This document shows, piece after piece, positions 28,591 through 37,421 of a stretch of 64,000 nt of DNA (position 1 is its first letter; each line of letters opens with the position of its first letter). Source of the stretch: Planctomycetota bacterium (GTDB lineage Bacteria; Planctomycetota; UBA8108; UBA1146; JAJFFE01); assembly GCA_039028735.1 (NCBI GenBank), contig JBCCHQ010000001.1:4585-68584 (forward strand), read 5' to 3'. The notes under the pieces are model-generated. The model was not told where the DNA came from. It worked only from the letters and a program-made list of their open reading frames with translations, and did not search any database. The position numbers were made by a program, and so were the translations under genes.

Positions 28591-30020
28591 GTCGTTTCTA
28601 CCAGTTCCTTGTCGCGACAGTCGACACAGATACCGTGTGTCGCGTGAATGTCCGACGCTGCTGGGAAGAACTGCGCTACCGGAATCCAGGCACCTTCGGC
28701 AGTGCGAATGCGCTGGCACCAGGCACAGACACTCAGAAAGTCGCCGTCGCCGATCACCAGATCGAAGGCCGGGCTTCCTGGCTTCCACAACGCAACGATG
28801 GCTTCATAGAGTCGACTGCGGCGGGCCACGAGCTCATGGCGGTGTGCATTGAGCACCGCCAGATCATCAGCCGTCGGATCGGCGAGTTCCGGGAGCTCCC
28901 GATCGGCACCTTCTAGCTGAATGATGCGGCGCAGAGCTGCCGTAGCAGCCATGTCGTAGGCCGTTCGCGCCTCGTCGATACAGCCCATTTCGGAAAGCTT
29001 GCGGCCGAGGCTGCGCGCTCGCTGGATCAGTTCATCGTCTCGCAATCGTTGACGATACAGATCGATCAACTGTCGCCCGATGCGAGCTGCCTCCTCGGGA
29101 TCGCCGTGAATGCGGGCGCGCCGCAGCTTCAACTCACAGACCATCGTGTTGTGAACAGGACGCCACGCCTCATCGACTTCCAAACGATCGTCGAGGGCTT
29201 CGAGTTCCACCACTAGGGCGTCGACGCGTTCGGGAAACAGCTGCACTTCGAAGCGTATTCGATTGCTGTGGGCACCAATCAGGACTGCACGCTTCTCTGG
29301 AGGGAGATCGTCCAGGCGTTCGATCTGCTCCAGCAGCACCTCGTGTGCAGCGGTCCAGTCTTCGTTGTACTCGTGGATTCGTGCCCACACCGCCAGCGCG
29401 GATGTCTCGACCACTTGCCGGTTGCGCGTGTCGCTGATCTCGGGCAGCAGCATCTCGGCCCTTTGCAACTCAGTGACGGCGGCGTCGACCTCATCGAGTT
29501 GCAGCAGAGCGTTGGCGCGCCGGACTCGTGCAAATGCCGTCGAGTACGGCTCTCGTATCTTTGCCGTCGCGCGCAACGCCATGCCGAGCAGCACGAGTCC
29601 CTCGAAGAAGCGACCTCTCGACGAGAAGGCCAGCGCCAGGTTTTCGAGGCACCCCAGCCAAAGGCGATCCTCGACGCTACGCCCTAGCTCGACTCCGCGT
29701 TGCCACAGGCGCTGCGCTTCCTCGGCATCACCTCCGTACCAGTGAGCAAGCCCCATCAGGTGCAGAGCGCGCCGCTGACCAACTCCGGCGCCTTGTTCGA
29801 TCGCGAGTTCGAGCAAAGGTCGCAGCTCGACCGCAGGCACGTCGTCGATCTGCTCGGTGATCCATCGCAAACGGTCTGCATCATGGACAACGCTCACTGA
29901 ATCCGCATGATCAGCGTATGCGCGAAGCGCTGCTTTGGGATCCCGATCGCGATCGCGGTCCAGAACCGATAGTGCTGTAGCGCTCGTCATGCTCACGGTG
30001 CCCCCTAGAAGCGACCGCAT
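28587..30020 (-). CDS. Hypothetical TPR-like helical-repeat protein with a C-terminal CxWC...HGICxDC putative zinc-binding motif
   Basis: It is 477 aa. The helical-repeat region resembles TPR. The C-terminal motif is SVCAWCQRIR...THGICVDCRD. Confidence 0.45.
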   Translation of the reverse strand: MRSLLGGTVSMTSATALSVLDRDRDRDPKAALRAYADHADSVSVVHDADRLRWITEQIDDVPAVELRPLLELAIEQGAGVGQRRALHLMGLAHWYGGDAEEAQRLWQRGVELGRSVEDRLWLGCLENLALAFSSRGRFFEGLVLLGMALRATAKIREPYSTAFARVRRANALLQLDEVDAAVTELQRAEMLLPEISDTRNRQVVETSALAVWARIHEYNEDWTAAHEVLLEQIERLDDLPPEKRAVLIGAHSNRIRFEVQLFPERVDALVVELEALDDRLEVDEAWRPVHNTMVCELKLRRARIHGDPEEAARIGRQLIDLYRQRLRDDELIQRARSLGRKLSEMGCIDEARTAYDMAATAALRRIIQLEGADRELPELADPTADDLAVLNAHRHELVARRSRLYEAIVALWKPGSPAFDLVIGDGDFLSVCAWCQRIRTAEGAWIPVAQFFPAASDIHATHGICVDCRDKELVETT

Positions 30021-30211
30021 CGGTTACTCATCCGGGCGTCAGGGTTTCGACGATATCTGGTCGTATTGCTGTTGCGCCCAAGCCTCAGCTGTACGTTCGT
30101 ATGTACCTTCGTACGTTGCGAGTCAGTCGCTCGCGTCGCTAGCGTAGTCGCGGCCCCGCAGGCAAGCAAATCCTGTCGGGTCGAAAACCGAAATCTCGAG
30201 AGTCGCTCGCA

Positions 30212-31147
30212 ATGCCACTACTGCCTGCTGTCCAGTGTGATGACGATGTCGATCATCTCCGCACTGATGTCGCAACTTGCGTTGCCGCAATTGCCGCTGT
30301 CGCCGCACAGGAAGGGTTGCCGGCAACGGCCGCCAGCTTCTACGAGGACGGATCGGCACTCGTTGGCTCGGTCGGCGACTCGGTCATCAAGATCTTCGCG
30401 CCGTTCGACGAAGATCTCTGCAACACCGAACAGCGCGTACTCACTACGATCGACAGTCGCTTGACCTGTCCGACTCCAGCACTCGAGCGGCGCGGTACAT
30501 TCGAGGGTTGGCCCTACATTGTGATGCGACGTCTCGACGGCGTTCCCCTTTCCAACATCTGGGACGACCTTCCCAGCACCGACAAGAAGCGGCTGTGTGC
30601 GGCGATGGGGCAAGCAACAGCAGAACTGCACCAGCTATCGACTTCGGCCATCGATGACATTCCGCCGCAATGGGAGTCGTTTCTGCAGCAGCAGCGCACG
30701 TCAGCGGTCGATCGCCAGCGCAAGCACCCGATTCCCGAACCATGGCTGGCTCAGATCGATCCATTCCTAGCGTCGGTACAGCTGCGAGAGTCCTCCCCAG
30801 TGCTCCTCCACACCGAGTTGATGCGCGCTCACTTCTTGGTCGAACAACAGCGCGGCGAATGGCAACTGAGTGGACTCGTCGACTTCGAACCAGCCATGAT
30901 CGGCGCTGCAGAGTACGACTTTTCATCGGTAGGGCTGTTCGTGACATCTGGAGAACCCGGGCTACTTCGCACTTTCCTGCAAGCCTACGGCTACGGCGAC
31001 AAAGACCTCGACGAACAGCTGCAGTACCGCGCCCTCGCCTACACGCTGCTCCATCGGTATTCTTGCTTGGCCTGGTACTTCCGCTTCATGCCGATGGAGG
31101 GCCTCGACACCCTCGAGCAGCTCGCGACACGCTGGTGGTGCTTCTAG
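30212..31147 (+). CDS. Phosphotransferase enzyme family (APH/CotS-like kinase) protein
   Basis: ATG start. The APH-like core is VMRRLDGVPL, a Brenner-like HTELMRAHFLV, and DFEPAMIGAAEYDF. Confidence 0.55.
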   Translation: MPLLPAVQCDDDVDHLRTDVATCVAAIAAVAAQEGLPATAASFYEDGSALVGSVGDSVIKIFAPFDEDLCNTEQRVLTTIDSRLTCPTPALERRGTFEGWPYIVMRRLDGVPLSNIWDDLPSTDKKRLCAAMGQATAELHQLSTSAIDDIPPQWESFLQQQRTSAVDRQRKHPIPEPWLAQIDPFLASVQLRESSPVLLHTELMRAHFLVEQQRGEWQLSGLVDFEPAMIGAAEYDFSSVGLFVTSGEPGLLRTFLQAYGYGDKDLDEQLQYRALAYTLLHRYSCLAWYFRFMPMEGLDTLEQLATRWWCF

Positions 31148-31180
31148 GAGTTCGGCTACGAATTCGGCTAGACTCAACCC

Positions 31181-32392
31181 ATGACAACAGCGAAGCAGCC
31201 AACCACGGATCCCAACGCGGCCGAGTTCATCGAGGAACTCGCACGAGCACTGCATATCTACGGCCTACCGTCGCATCGCCTCGAGGAGGCGCTGCGCGGA
31301 ATGTCGCAAGAGCTGGCCGTGGACGCACAGTTTCTCGTGACGCCCACCGCGATCGTTTCGTCGGTCGGGACCACGACGCATCTTGCACGCATCGATCAAG
31401 GGCAGACGCACCTGGAACGCCTTGCCGATGTGAATCGCATCATGAGCAATGTCCGCAAGGGGCACGTCACCCCTGCTGAAGGTACTCAGCAGATTCGCCG
31501 CTTCGACACACAGCCCGCACGTTATGGCGTCGTCGCTACTATCCTCGCGTTCGCGTTGGCTTCCGCCAGCGCCGCCGTGTTCTTCGGCGGCGGCTGGCGC
31601 GAAAGCGTCAGCGCTGGGTCCATCGGCGCCACGATCGGCTGCATCTCGATGCTCGCGGGGAGCCGTCCCCGTCTCGTCCGACTGTTGCCGACGTTCTCCG
31701 GCTTCTTGGCCGCGCTCGGCGCTCACGTCCTCGCCACCCAGCTACAGCCAATGTTCGGGTTCTTGGCAACGCTCGCGGGCTTGATCATCTTGATACCGGG
31801 ACTCTCTCTAACGATCGCGATGAGCGAACTCGCGCACAATCACTTGGTCAGTGGCACTGCGCGGCTCGTCGGATCCACGATCACGTTCCTACAGCTTGGC
31901 TTCGGCGCGGCGATTGGTTGGAAACTCGCGCCCATGTTCTGGCGGGAAATCACGATGGTGGACCCGGCGCCGCTGCCGCAGTGGTGGCAGTGGATCACGC
32001 TACTGGTAGCGACCGCGTCGTTCGTCGTGCTCTTTCGCGCCCACCCGCGTGACTACCTGAGCATCCTTTTGGGTGCCACCGTCGCCTACGCGGCTTCGCG
32101 CTGGGGCAGTGAGACCTTGGGCCCAGAGATCGGCATGGCGATCGGCGCGTGGGCCCTCGGCTGTGCCAGCACCCTGTTTGCACGAGCAACTCATCGCCCC
32201 GCCGCGATCCCGTTGCTCCCTGGCCTACTGCTGCTCGTCCCAGGCAGTCTGGGACTGCGCTCGCTGCAGGCCCTGGTCGGAAACGATGTGTCTCTTGGCG
32301 TCCAATCCGCTTTCACAATGACGCTGTTTGCCGTGTCGCTAGTGACGGGGCTGTTTCTCGCCAATCTGACGCTGCGTCCCCGGCAGCTGTAG
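31181..32392 (+). CDS. Threonine/serine exporter (ThrE) family membrane protein (DUF1212 + DUF3815 architecture)
   Basis: The N-terminal cytoplasmic domain is EFIEELARALHIYGLPSHRLEEAL. About 10 TM helices follow. Confidence 0.7.
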   Translation: MTTAKQPTTDPNAAEFIEELARALHIYGLPSHRLEEALRGMSQELAVDAQFLVTPTAIVSSVGTTTHLARIDQGQTHLERLADVNRIMSNVRKGHVTPAEGTQQIRRFDTQPARYGVVATILAFALASASAAVFFGGGWRESVSAGSIGATIGCISMLAGSRPRLVRLLPTFSGFLAALGAHVLATQLQPMFGFLATLAGLIILIPGLSLTIAMSELAHNHLVSGTARLVGSTITFLQLGFGAAIGWKLAPMFWREITMVDPAPLPQWWQWITLLVATASFVVLFRAHPRDYLSILLGATVAYAASRWGSETLGPEIGMAIGAWALGCASTLFARATHRPAAIPLLPGLLLLVPGSLGLRSLQALVGNDVSLGVQSAFTMTLFAVSLVTGLFLANLTLRPRQL

Positions 32393-32502
32393 CGCTGCAG
32401 CTCGGCTACGAGCCACGCGCGCTAGTTGGAGTGCAACTGTCGTCACTCCTCGGTAGAATCTCGCACTTCGAAGGACAGTCCAATACAAGAGGAGTAACAC
32501 CG

Positions 32503-32853
32503 ATGGTCAAGCGCGTCGACTGGTACTACCACCGCAACGGCTGAACGAGCTGCACTCGATCTCAGGAGTTCCTGAGCGAAGCTGACGTAACGATCAAAGA
32601 ACAGGTCGACGCCAAGAAGGAGGTCCGTGACCGCGCGGGGGCACTAGAGGTCCTCAGCAAGGCGAATCGGATCATCACGTGTCGTGGCAAGAAGATCGTC
32701 GAGTTCGACATGAAGAACGAACCGCCCGCACAAGACGAGCTGTTGAAGACCGCTCTCGGCCCGACGGGGAACCTGCGAGCACCAACCATCGCTTGCGGCA
32801 AGACGGTGATCGTTGGCTTCCATCCCGATGCGTACGGAGAAGTGCTCAGCTAG
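32503..32853 (+). CDS. ArsC/Spx/YffB-family thioredoxin-fold protein with an in-frame TGA (codon 14) at the redox Cys position: candidate selenoprotein (U-T-S-C motif)
   Basis: ATG 32503 with a GGAG RBS. The frame runs MVKRVDWYYHRNG-TGA-TSCTRSQEFL... and continues to TAG 32851-53 (116 aa total). The tail LRAPTIACGKTVIVGFHPDAYGEVL is ArsC/Spx-like (cf. Spx [25 protein letters not shown]). The TGA is at 32542-32544. Confidence 0.6.
32556..32579 (+). promoter_or_regulatory. SECIS-like hairpin 12 nt downstream of the in-frame UGA
   Basis: The sequence is TCGatCTCAGG-AGTT-CCTGAGCGA. It has a 6-bp core stem plus a 3-bp outer stem. The apical loop is AGUU. Confidence 0.4.
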
Positions 32854-32887
32854 AGCACACTCACTGCGAGACGCGCTACCATTTGGT

Positions 32888-34672
32888 CTACTCGGCCAGA
32901 TCGAAGATCACCTGCAGCCGCACGAAATCGACATCCGATACCGTGATGCGCATCGGTCCACCCTCCGTGAACGAGAAGCTGCGGCGACGCACGGTGACCG
33001 TGGCGGTTGCACCATCGATCTTGACGCGGCCGCCGATCTTGCGAAACGGCAGGAAGCCTGTGACGTTGAACTGGTCGACGGCGATCTCGAGTCCGCCGTG
33101 GCTGACACGCACGATCGTGGCGTCGTGCTTCTCGCCGATGTGTGGCTCCATTAGCTGGCAAACCTTGAGGTCATTGACGGCGCGTTCGACCATGTCAGCG
33201 ACGCTTGCCTGCAGTGTGCTCTGACTCGCTTGGGCGTTCAGGTCTCGGGTCAGTGCGCCTGCTTTCAGCTCTGCCTCGGCTTCTTCCGGCCTGGACTCGA
33301 TTGCGTAGAGCCAGCGGTGCACGACGAGATCGGGATAACGGCGAATCGGCGAAGTGAAGTGGAGGTAGGCCTCGCGTGCCAAGCCCCAATGCTGCGCAAC
33401 GTCTTCATGATCCTTGACCTGATAGTCGGCGCGTTCGACGAGGCCCATGATGCGCTGAATCAGCGCTTCTGAGTTCGGCCGACTGCGCACGAGACGGACC
33501 AGGTTGCCGATGTCGCGTCCCGTCAGGCGATCCTTCTTCGGCACCCTGACCTTGAACTTCTCCAGCATCTTGGCCAGTGCCGCGACCTCTTCCGGATCCT
33601 TCTCGGGATGAACACGGTAGATCGTGGGTAAGCCACGCGTGCGGAAGGTATCCCCGACGGCCTGATTGGCTGCGAGCGCAGTCTCTTCGATCAGGGTCTG
33701 CGAGAAATAGTTCGGTGCGACGACGATACCAACAACCTCGTGCTTCTCGTTGAAGACAAACTTCTTCTCCACCGATTGCATGCGCAGCGATCCCGCTTGA
33801 TCGCGCAACGATTGCTGCGTGCGGGTCCAGCGCCACAACAGGCGAAGTACTGGCTCGAGGAAACGGATCGCCTGCGTCTCTTCAGTGTCCTTGTCGTCGA
33901 GCAGCTCTTGCACGACTCGATACGTGCAGCGGTACTTGCTACGAATCACCGTCTTGGCGACGCGCGAATCAACTCGCTGCCCCTTCGGCGTGAACTCCAT
34001 GAACACTGAATGGGCCAAACGATCGCGATCTGGCACCAATGAGCAGAGGTGATTCGAGATCTTCTCCGGAAGCATTGGAATGACCTGATCCGCGACGTAA
34101 ACGCTGGTGCCGCGCTCCAGCGCTTCGTCGTCGAGTGCCGTTCCGGGTTGCACGTAGTGGCCAACATCGGCGATATGGACGCTCAACTCTACGTTGCCGT
34201 TGGGCAGCTCTCGCATCGAAATCGCATCGTCGTAGTCCTTCGCGTCGTCCCCGTCGATCGTGAAAATCAACTGGTCGCGAAGGTCCTCACGCCCCTCGAA
34301 ATCCGCCGGGTCTGGGTCATCGGGCAGCTGCGCCATCTCGCTCTTGACGTCATCGGGGAACACCGTGCGGACGCGAAAGGAGTGCAAGAGCTGCATCTCT
34401 TCCGACTCTTCGTCATGGTACGGCCAAGGACCGGTGTCCATCGGCCCAAAGGCAGGAGGGCGTCGTCCCGGCACAGCAGTAGTGGCGCCTACGTCACCCA
34501 GCTCCTCGGCGCTCAGATCGTCGCCGCTGCGCTTCAGCGTCCAACCAGACTTCTGCGGCGCCTCTTCTTCCACCTCGCCGCCCAAGGCCCGCTGCAGGTC
34601 TTGGAAGCTACCGAAGCCTTGGGATTTCTGCGAGTCGTCGCCGGACGACGAGCCTCGCTTCGATTTACTCAT
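32888..34672 (-). CDS. rnr: RNase II/R-family 3'-5' exoribonuclease (RNB domain + C-terminal S1)
   Basis: ATG 34672 (MSKSKRG...) is preferred over the track TTG 34795. The N-terminal region is acidic low-complexity. The RNB active-site motif is DGDDAKDYDDAISM. The C-terminal S1-like region is GEKHDATIVRVSHGGLEIAV. Confidence 0.85.
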   Translation of the reverse strand: MSKSKRGSSSGDDSQKSQGFGSFQDLQRALGGEVEEEAPQKSGWTLKRSGDDLSAEELGDVGATTAVPGRRPPAFGPMDTGPWPYHDEESEEMQLLHSFRVRTVFPDDVKSEMAQLPDDPDPADFEGREDLRDQLIFTIDGDDAKDYDDAISMRELPNGNVELSVHIADVGHYVQPGTALDDEALERGTSVYVADQVIPMLPEKISNHLCSLVPDRDRLAHSVFMEFTPKGQRVDSRVAKTVIRSKYRCTYRVVQELLDDKDTEETQAIRFLEPVLRLLWRWTRTQQSLRDQAGSLRMQSVEKKFVFNEKHEVVGIVVAPNYFSQTLIEETALAANQAVGDTFRTRGLPTIYRVHPEKDPEEVAALAKMLEKFKVRVPKKDRLTGRDIGNLVRLVRSRPNSEALIQRIMGLVERADYQVKDHEDVAQHWGLAREAYLHFTSPIRRYPDLVVHRWLYAIESRPEEAEAELKAGALTRDLNAQASQSTLQASVADMVERAVNDLKVCQLMEPHIGEKHDATIVRVSHGGLEIAVDQFNVTGFLPFRKIGGRVKIDGATATVTVRRRSFSFTEGGPMRITVSDVDFVRLQVIFDLAE

Positions 34673-34791
34673 ACTGCATCGCTCCAAAGTCTCGAAGAGG
34701 TGAGATCGACTGCTGGCCACGACGCGCCCGCGTCGATGGCTTGCCTTGAGATTAGTGCAGGTATTGTCGTGTGGGGTACGCCGGGGCGCAA

Positions 34792-35394
34792 TCACTTCCC
34801 CGTGGTCGCAGGGGGCTTCTCGACGTAGACCTTGAGCTTGGCGAGCAACCCCTCGTTGGCGCTGATGAAGTACTTCATCAGCGCGGAAAGCTCCTCGGAA
34901 TCGCTATATCCAATCCCATAGGACCTCACTCTTGTCCGAGTCTCCGAAAGAGCGTCGAAGACGATTGTGTTCGAGAGCTTGTCGGCATCCTTTTGCAGGA
35001 CCTCAGGCCAGTTCGAGCTGAGTTCGGCGCGCAACGTCAGCAACTCTTCGGGTACGTAGCCGAGAATATGCAGCGTGTTGGTTCCCGGCGCACCGATCTC
35101 ACCGTCGTCGTAGCGCGTCAGGATCTTGCCGTCCACACGCAAATCCACCTTCGCCTTCTTTGCCGCCCAGGCCTCCCAACCTTCTTGCGTCGAGTAGGCA
35201 TGCCAGACTCGAGCAACAGGAGCCTCCAGCACGGCTTCCTGGACCAACACCAACTCACTTGCAGCGGTCTTCAGGATCCGACTCGAGATTGCCTTCGGCG
35301 CTGCTTCTTTTGGGTCGGAGGCTGCAAAGGTATAGCCGGCGACAGCACAGCCGAGGGCCAACACGAAGACGATGACCTTGCCAGGGACAGCCAT
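34792..35394 (-). CDS. Secreted SRPBCC-fold (AHSA1/polyketide-cyclase-like) protein
   Basis: ATG and a signal peptide (MAVPGKVIVFVLALGCAVAG). The SRPBCC pattern is VLEAPVARVWHAYSTQEGWEAWA. Confidence 0.45.
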   Translation of the reverse strand: MAVPGKVIVFVLALGCAVAGYTFAASDPKEAAPKAISSRILKTAASELVLVQEAVLEAPVARVWHAYSTQEGWEAWAAKKAKVDLRVDGKILTRYDDGEIGAPGTNTLHILGYVPEELLTLRAELSSNWPEVLQKDADKLSNTIVFDALSETRTRVRSYGIGYSDSEELSALMKYFISANEGLLAKLKVYVEKPPATTGK

Positions 35395-35421
35395 ACGATG
35401 CCTTCTCTCGATCGAAACGTA

Positions 35422-36615
35422 CTAGAAGTGATAGCTCACGGCCAAGGAGATGAAATCGTCCTCGCTGAGCGCACGGGCCACGCTATCAGAATCTGTATTC
35501 AGAAAAAGCCTGGCGGTCAGCTCTACGAACCAGCTGTCGCCAACGCGGCGCTCGGCCTCGATGCTCACAAGCGTCTCCGGTGACTGTAGGTCCACGACCG
35601 CTCCGGCCAAGATCGCAGTATCCTGGGCGTCCTCGAGTGACCACCGGGCGCCGACAAAAACATCGTGGTCGAACGCAGTCCTCGGCGATCGCCGCGATCG
35701 GTCGTCGACCAATAGCTCAGACAGGATCCCCAGGTTGCCGTAGCCGTCAATGAACTGAAAGAACGTGTACTCGAATCCTGCGACTGCGGCGAAGAACCGG
35801 CGCTGGTCGTCGTCGCGCGAGATTGCCTCGAGCTTGCACAACCAAGCATCGCGAGTCCATTGTACGTCGACGCCGGTCTGATCCATCAGGGCGTAATGAG
35901 GACGTAGGACGGTGCCAGACGCCCGGACTTCGGGCACCAACGTCGGCTCGCGACTCGTCCCCGAGAAGTGCGACAGACCAACGTCGAAGTCACCGAGCGA
36001 ATGGGCCCAGCGCACGGCCCAATCTTGATGCCCTTCATCAGCGCTGGACTCGTAAGTAGGGTTTGAGCTGATCGGAAACGGGCCACGCAGACGCTCCTCG
36101 TTGAAGGTGCGCTCTCGAAAGTACGGAAGGTAGAAGAGATCCAAAGCTCCCCACTCTCCCTCGAGAGTCAGGTTGACCATCGGCTGCCCCAGCTTCGCTT
36201 CTTCATCGATGTCCTCGACACCGTCGGTCTGGTTGATGACGTCCACGAGATGGCGTGACTCTGTGACACCCCAGAAGACTTTGCCGACGCCGGCGAGCAA
36301 CGTGAAGCTGTCACCGAGATACAACCAATGCAACTCACGAAGGTCAGCGTGGGTGCGATCATCGTCATTGCTGTCGACGCGGACGAATGGAGTCGCAACG
36401 ACTCGCTGTAGACCATCCTGCCACTCGTAGACGATCTCCGGCTCGACAGCAACCGACACCGACAACGGGTCGTCGTCTTGATCGGCGAACCTTGGGTTTG
36501 CCGGGAACGCACGCAGCTCACCGGTGACAACACCTGAAAAGTCAAAGACGCCACCTTGCGGCGCCTGGCAGCCGACCATGACAAGGAGAGCGGTAGCCAA
36601 TAGCGCTCGCATCAA
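35422..36615 (-). CDS. Outer-membrane beta-barrel protein (DUF1302/porin-like), operon partner of the RND exporter
   Basis: It has a signal peptide. Amphipathic beta-strands alternate. The C terminus is ...ISLAVSYHF (terminal aromatic). Confidence 0.5.
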   Translation of the reverse strand: MMRALLATALLVMVGCQAPQGGVFDFSGVVTGELRAFPANPRFADQDDDPLSVSVAVEPEIVYEWQDGLQRVVATPFVRVDSNDDDRTHADLRELHWLYLGDSFTLLAGVGKVFWGVTESRHLVDVINQTDGVEDIDEEAKLGQPMVNLTLEGEWGALDLFYLPYFRERTFNEERLRGPFPISSNPTYESSADEGHQDWAVRWAHSLGDFDVGLSHFSGTSREPTLVPEVRASGTVLRPHYALMDQTGVDVQWTRDAWLCKLEAISRDDDQRRFFAAVAGFEYTFFQFIDGYGNLGILSELLVDDRSRRSPRTAFDHDVFVGARWSLEDAQDTAILAGAVVDLQSPETLVSIEAERRVGDSWFVELTARLFLNTDSDSVARALSEDDFISLAVSYHF

Positions 36616-37421
36616 CGCGCGCGCTTCAACTTGGCTGGAGTGAACGCGGAATCAGTCAGTTTCAGCCCTAGCTCCCACTCCTGAAACTGCAGAAGCGTCT
36701 GCTTGCCGTTTTGGTGATTGACCATGTTCATGCTGTCGGGGCGCCAATACTTCTCCGCGTACTTCTTGTAGCCTCCGTAGGTCAGCGTCTTCAGCAACGA
36801 ATCCTTGCGGTCATAGAACTCGATCTTCTGCACCCGATACTCAGCCTTGTCCCACCAGACGATTTGCTTCTTGTATCCAGAGTTCTTGTAGCGCGGAATT
36901 CTACGAACGACGAAGCAATCCTGGCCGTCGACCTTCTCCTCTTTCAGAAAGGCGTACTCGTACTTGCCAACCTCTTGGGCCAACAAATCCTCGAACGCGA
37001 ACTCGGAGCCTACGAACGGGCCCGACTTGTTCGCGGATGAAATTCGTTTCACCCGCTTCAGCGCCGGTAGAAACAGCCATTGATCATCTGGATCGAGCAC
37101 CTTCGTGTGTGACAACAGGGCCGTGCCTTTGATGTCGCGCGGGGAGTCGAAGATGACCAGCGACTTGTCCCCCAGCTTCTCGTCCGTAACTTCGAGGCTT
37201 TGCCGGCGCAGCTCGCGCGTCGTCTTGCTCCCATGGCGATTCTGCAAGACCATCTGCAGCTTACTCTTGCTGCCTTGCCAGCCAAGATCGCGGGCCTCTG
37301 CTTCCTTTGCGATCTCGAGGCCCTTCGATTGCGCGTCTGACTGCGCTTGCGCCATGAGCGGCGACGTGATCACCGCTATCGCCAACGCCGCGTAGGCGAC
37401 GGGGGTCATCGTCAGCTTCAT
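36612..37421 (-). CDS. LolA-like outer-membrane lipoprotein-sorting family protein (periplasmic partner of the RND exporter)
   Basis: It has a signal peptide. The conserved core is KSKLQMVLQNRHGSKTTREL...LLSHTKVLDPDDQWLFLPALKRVKRIS...VRRIPRYKNSGYKKQIVWWDKAEYRVQKIEFYD. It overlaps the upstream and downstream genes by 4 nt. Confidence 0.65.
   Translation of the reverse strand: MKLTMTPVAYAALAIAVITSPLMAQAQSDAQSKGLEIAKEAEARDLGWQGSKSKLQMVLQNRHGSKTTRELRRQSLEVTDEKLGDKSLVIFDSPRDIKGTALLSHTKVLDPDDQWLFLPALKRVKRISSANKSGPFVGSEFAFEDLLAQEVGKYEYAFLKEEKVDGQDCFVVRRIPRYKNSGYKKQIVWWDKAEYRVQKIEFYDRKDSLLKTLTYGGYKKYAEKYWRPDSMNMVNHQNGKQTLLQFQEWELGLKLTDSAFTPAKLKRAR

Noticed and set aside
32149-32544. Track ORF of 131 aa ending MVKRVDWYYHRNG.
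   Set aside because: Only the last 14 codons (from ATG 32503) are real. They are the N-terminal part of the ArsC/Spx-like gene up to its UGA codon. The upstream part overlaps the ThrE-family gene in another frame.
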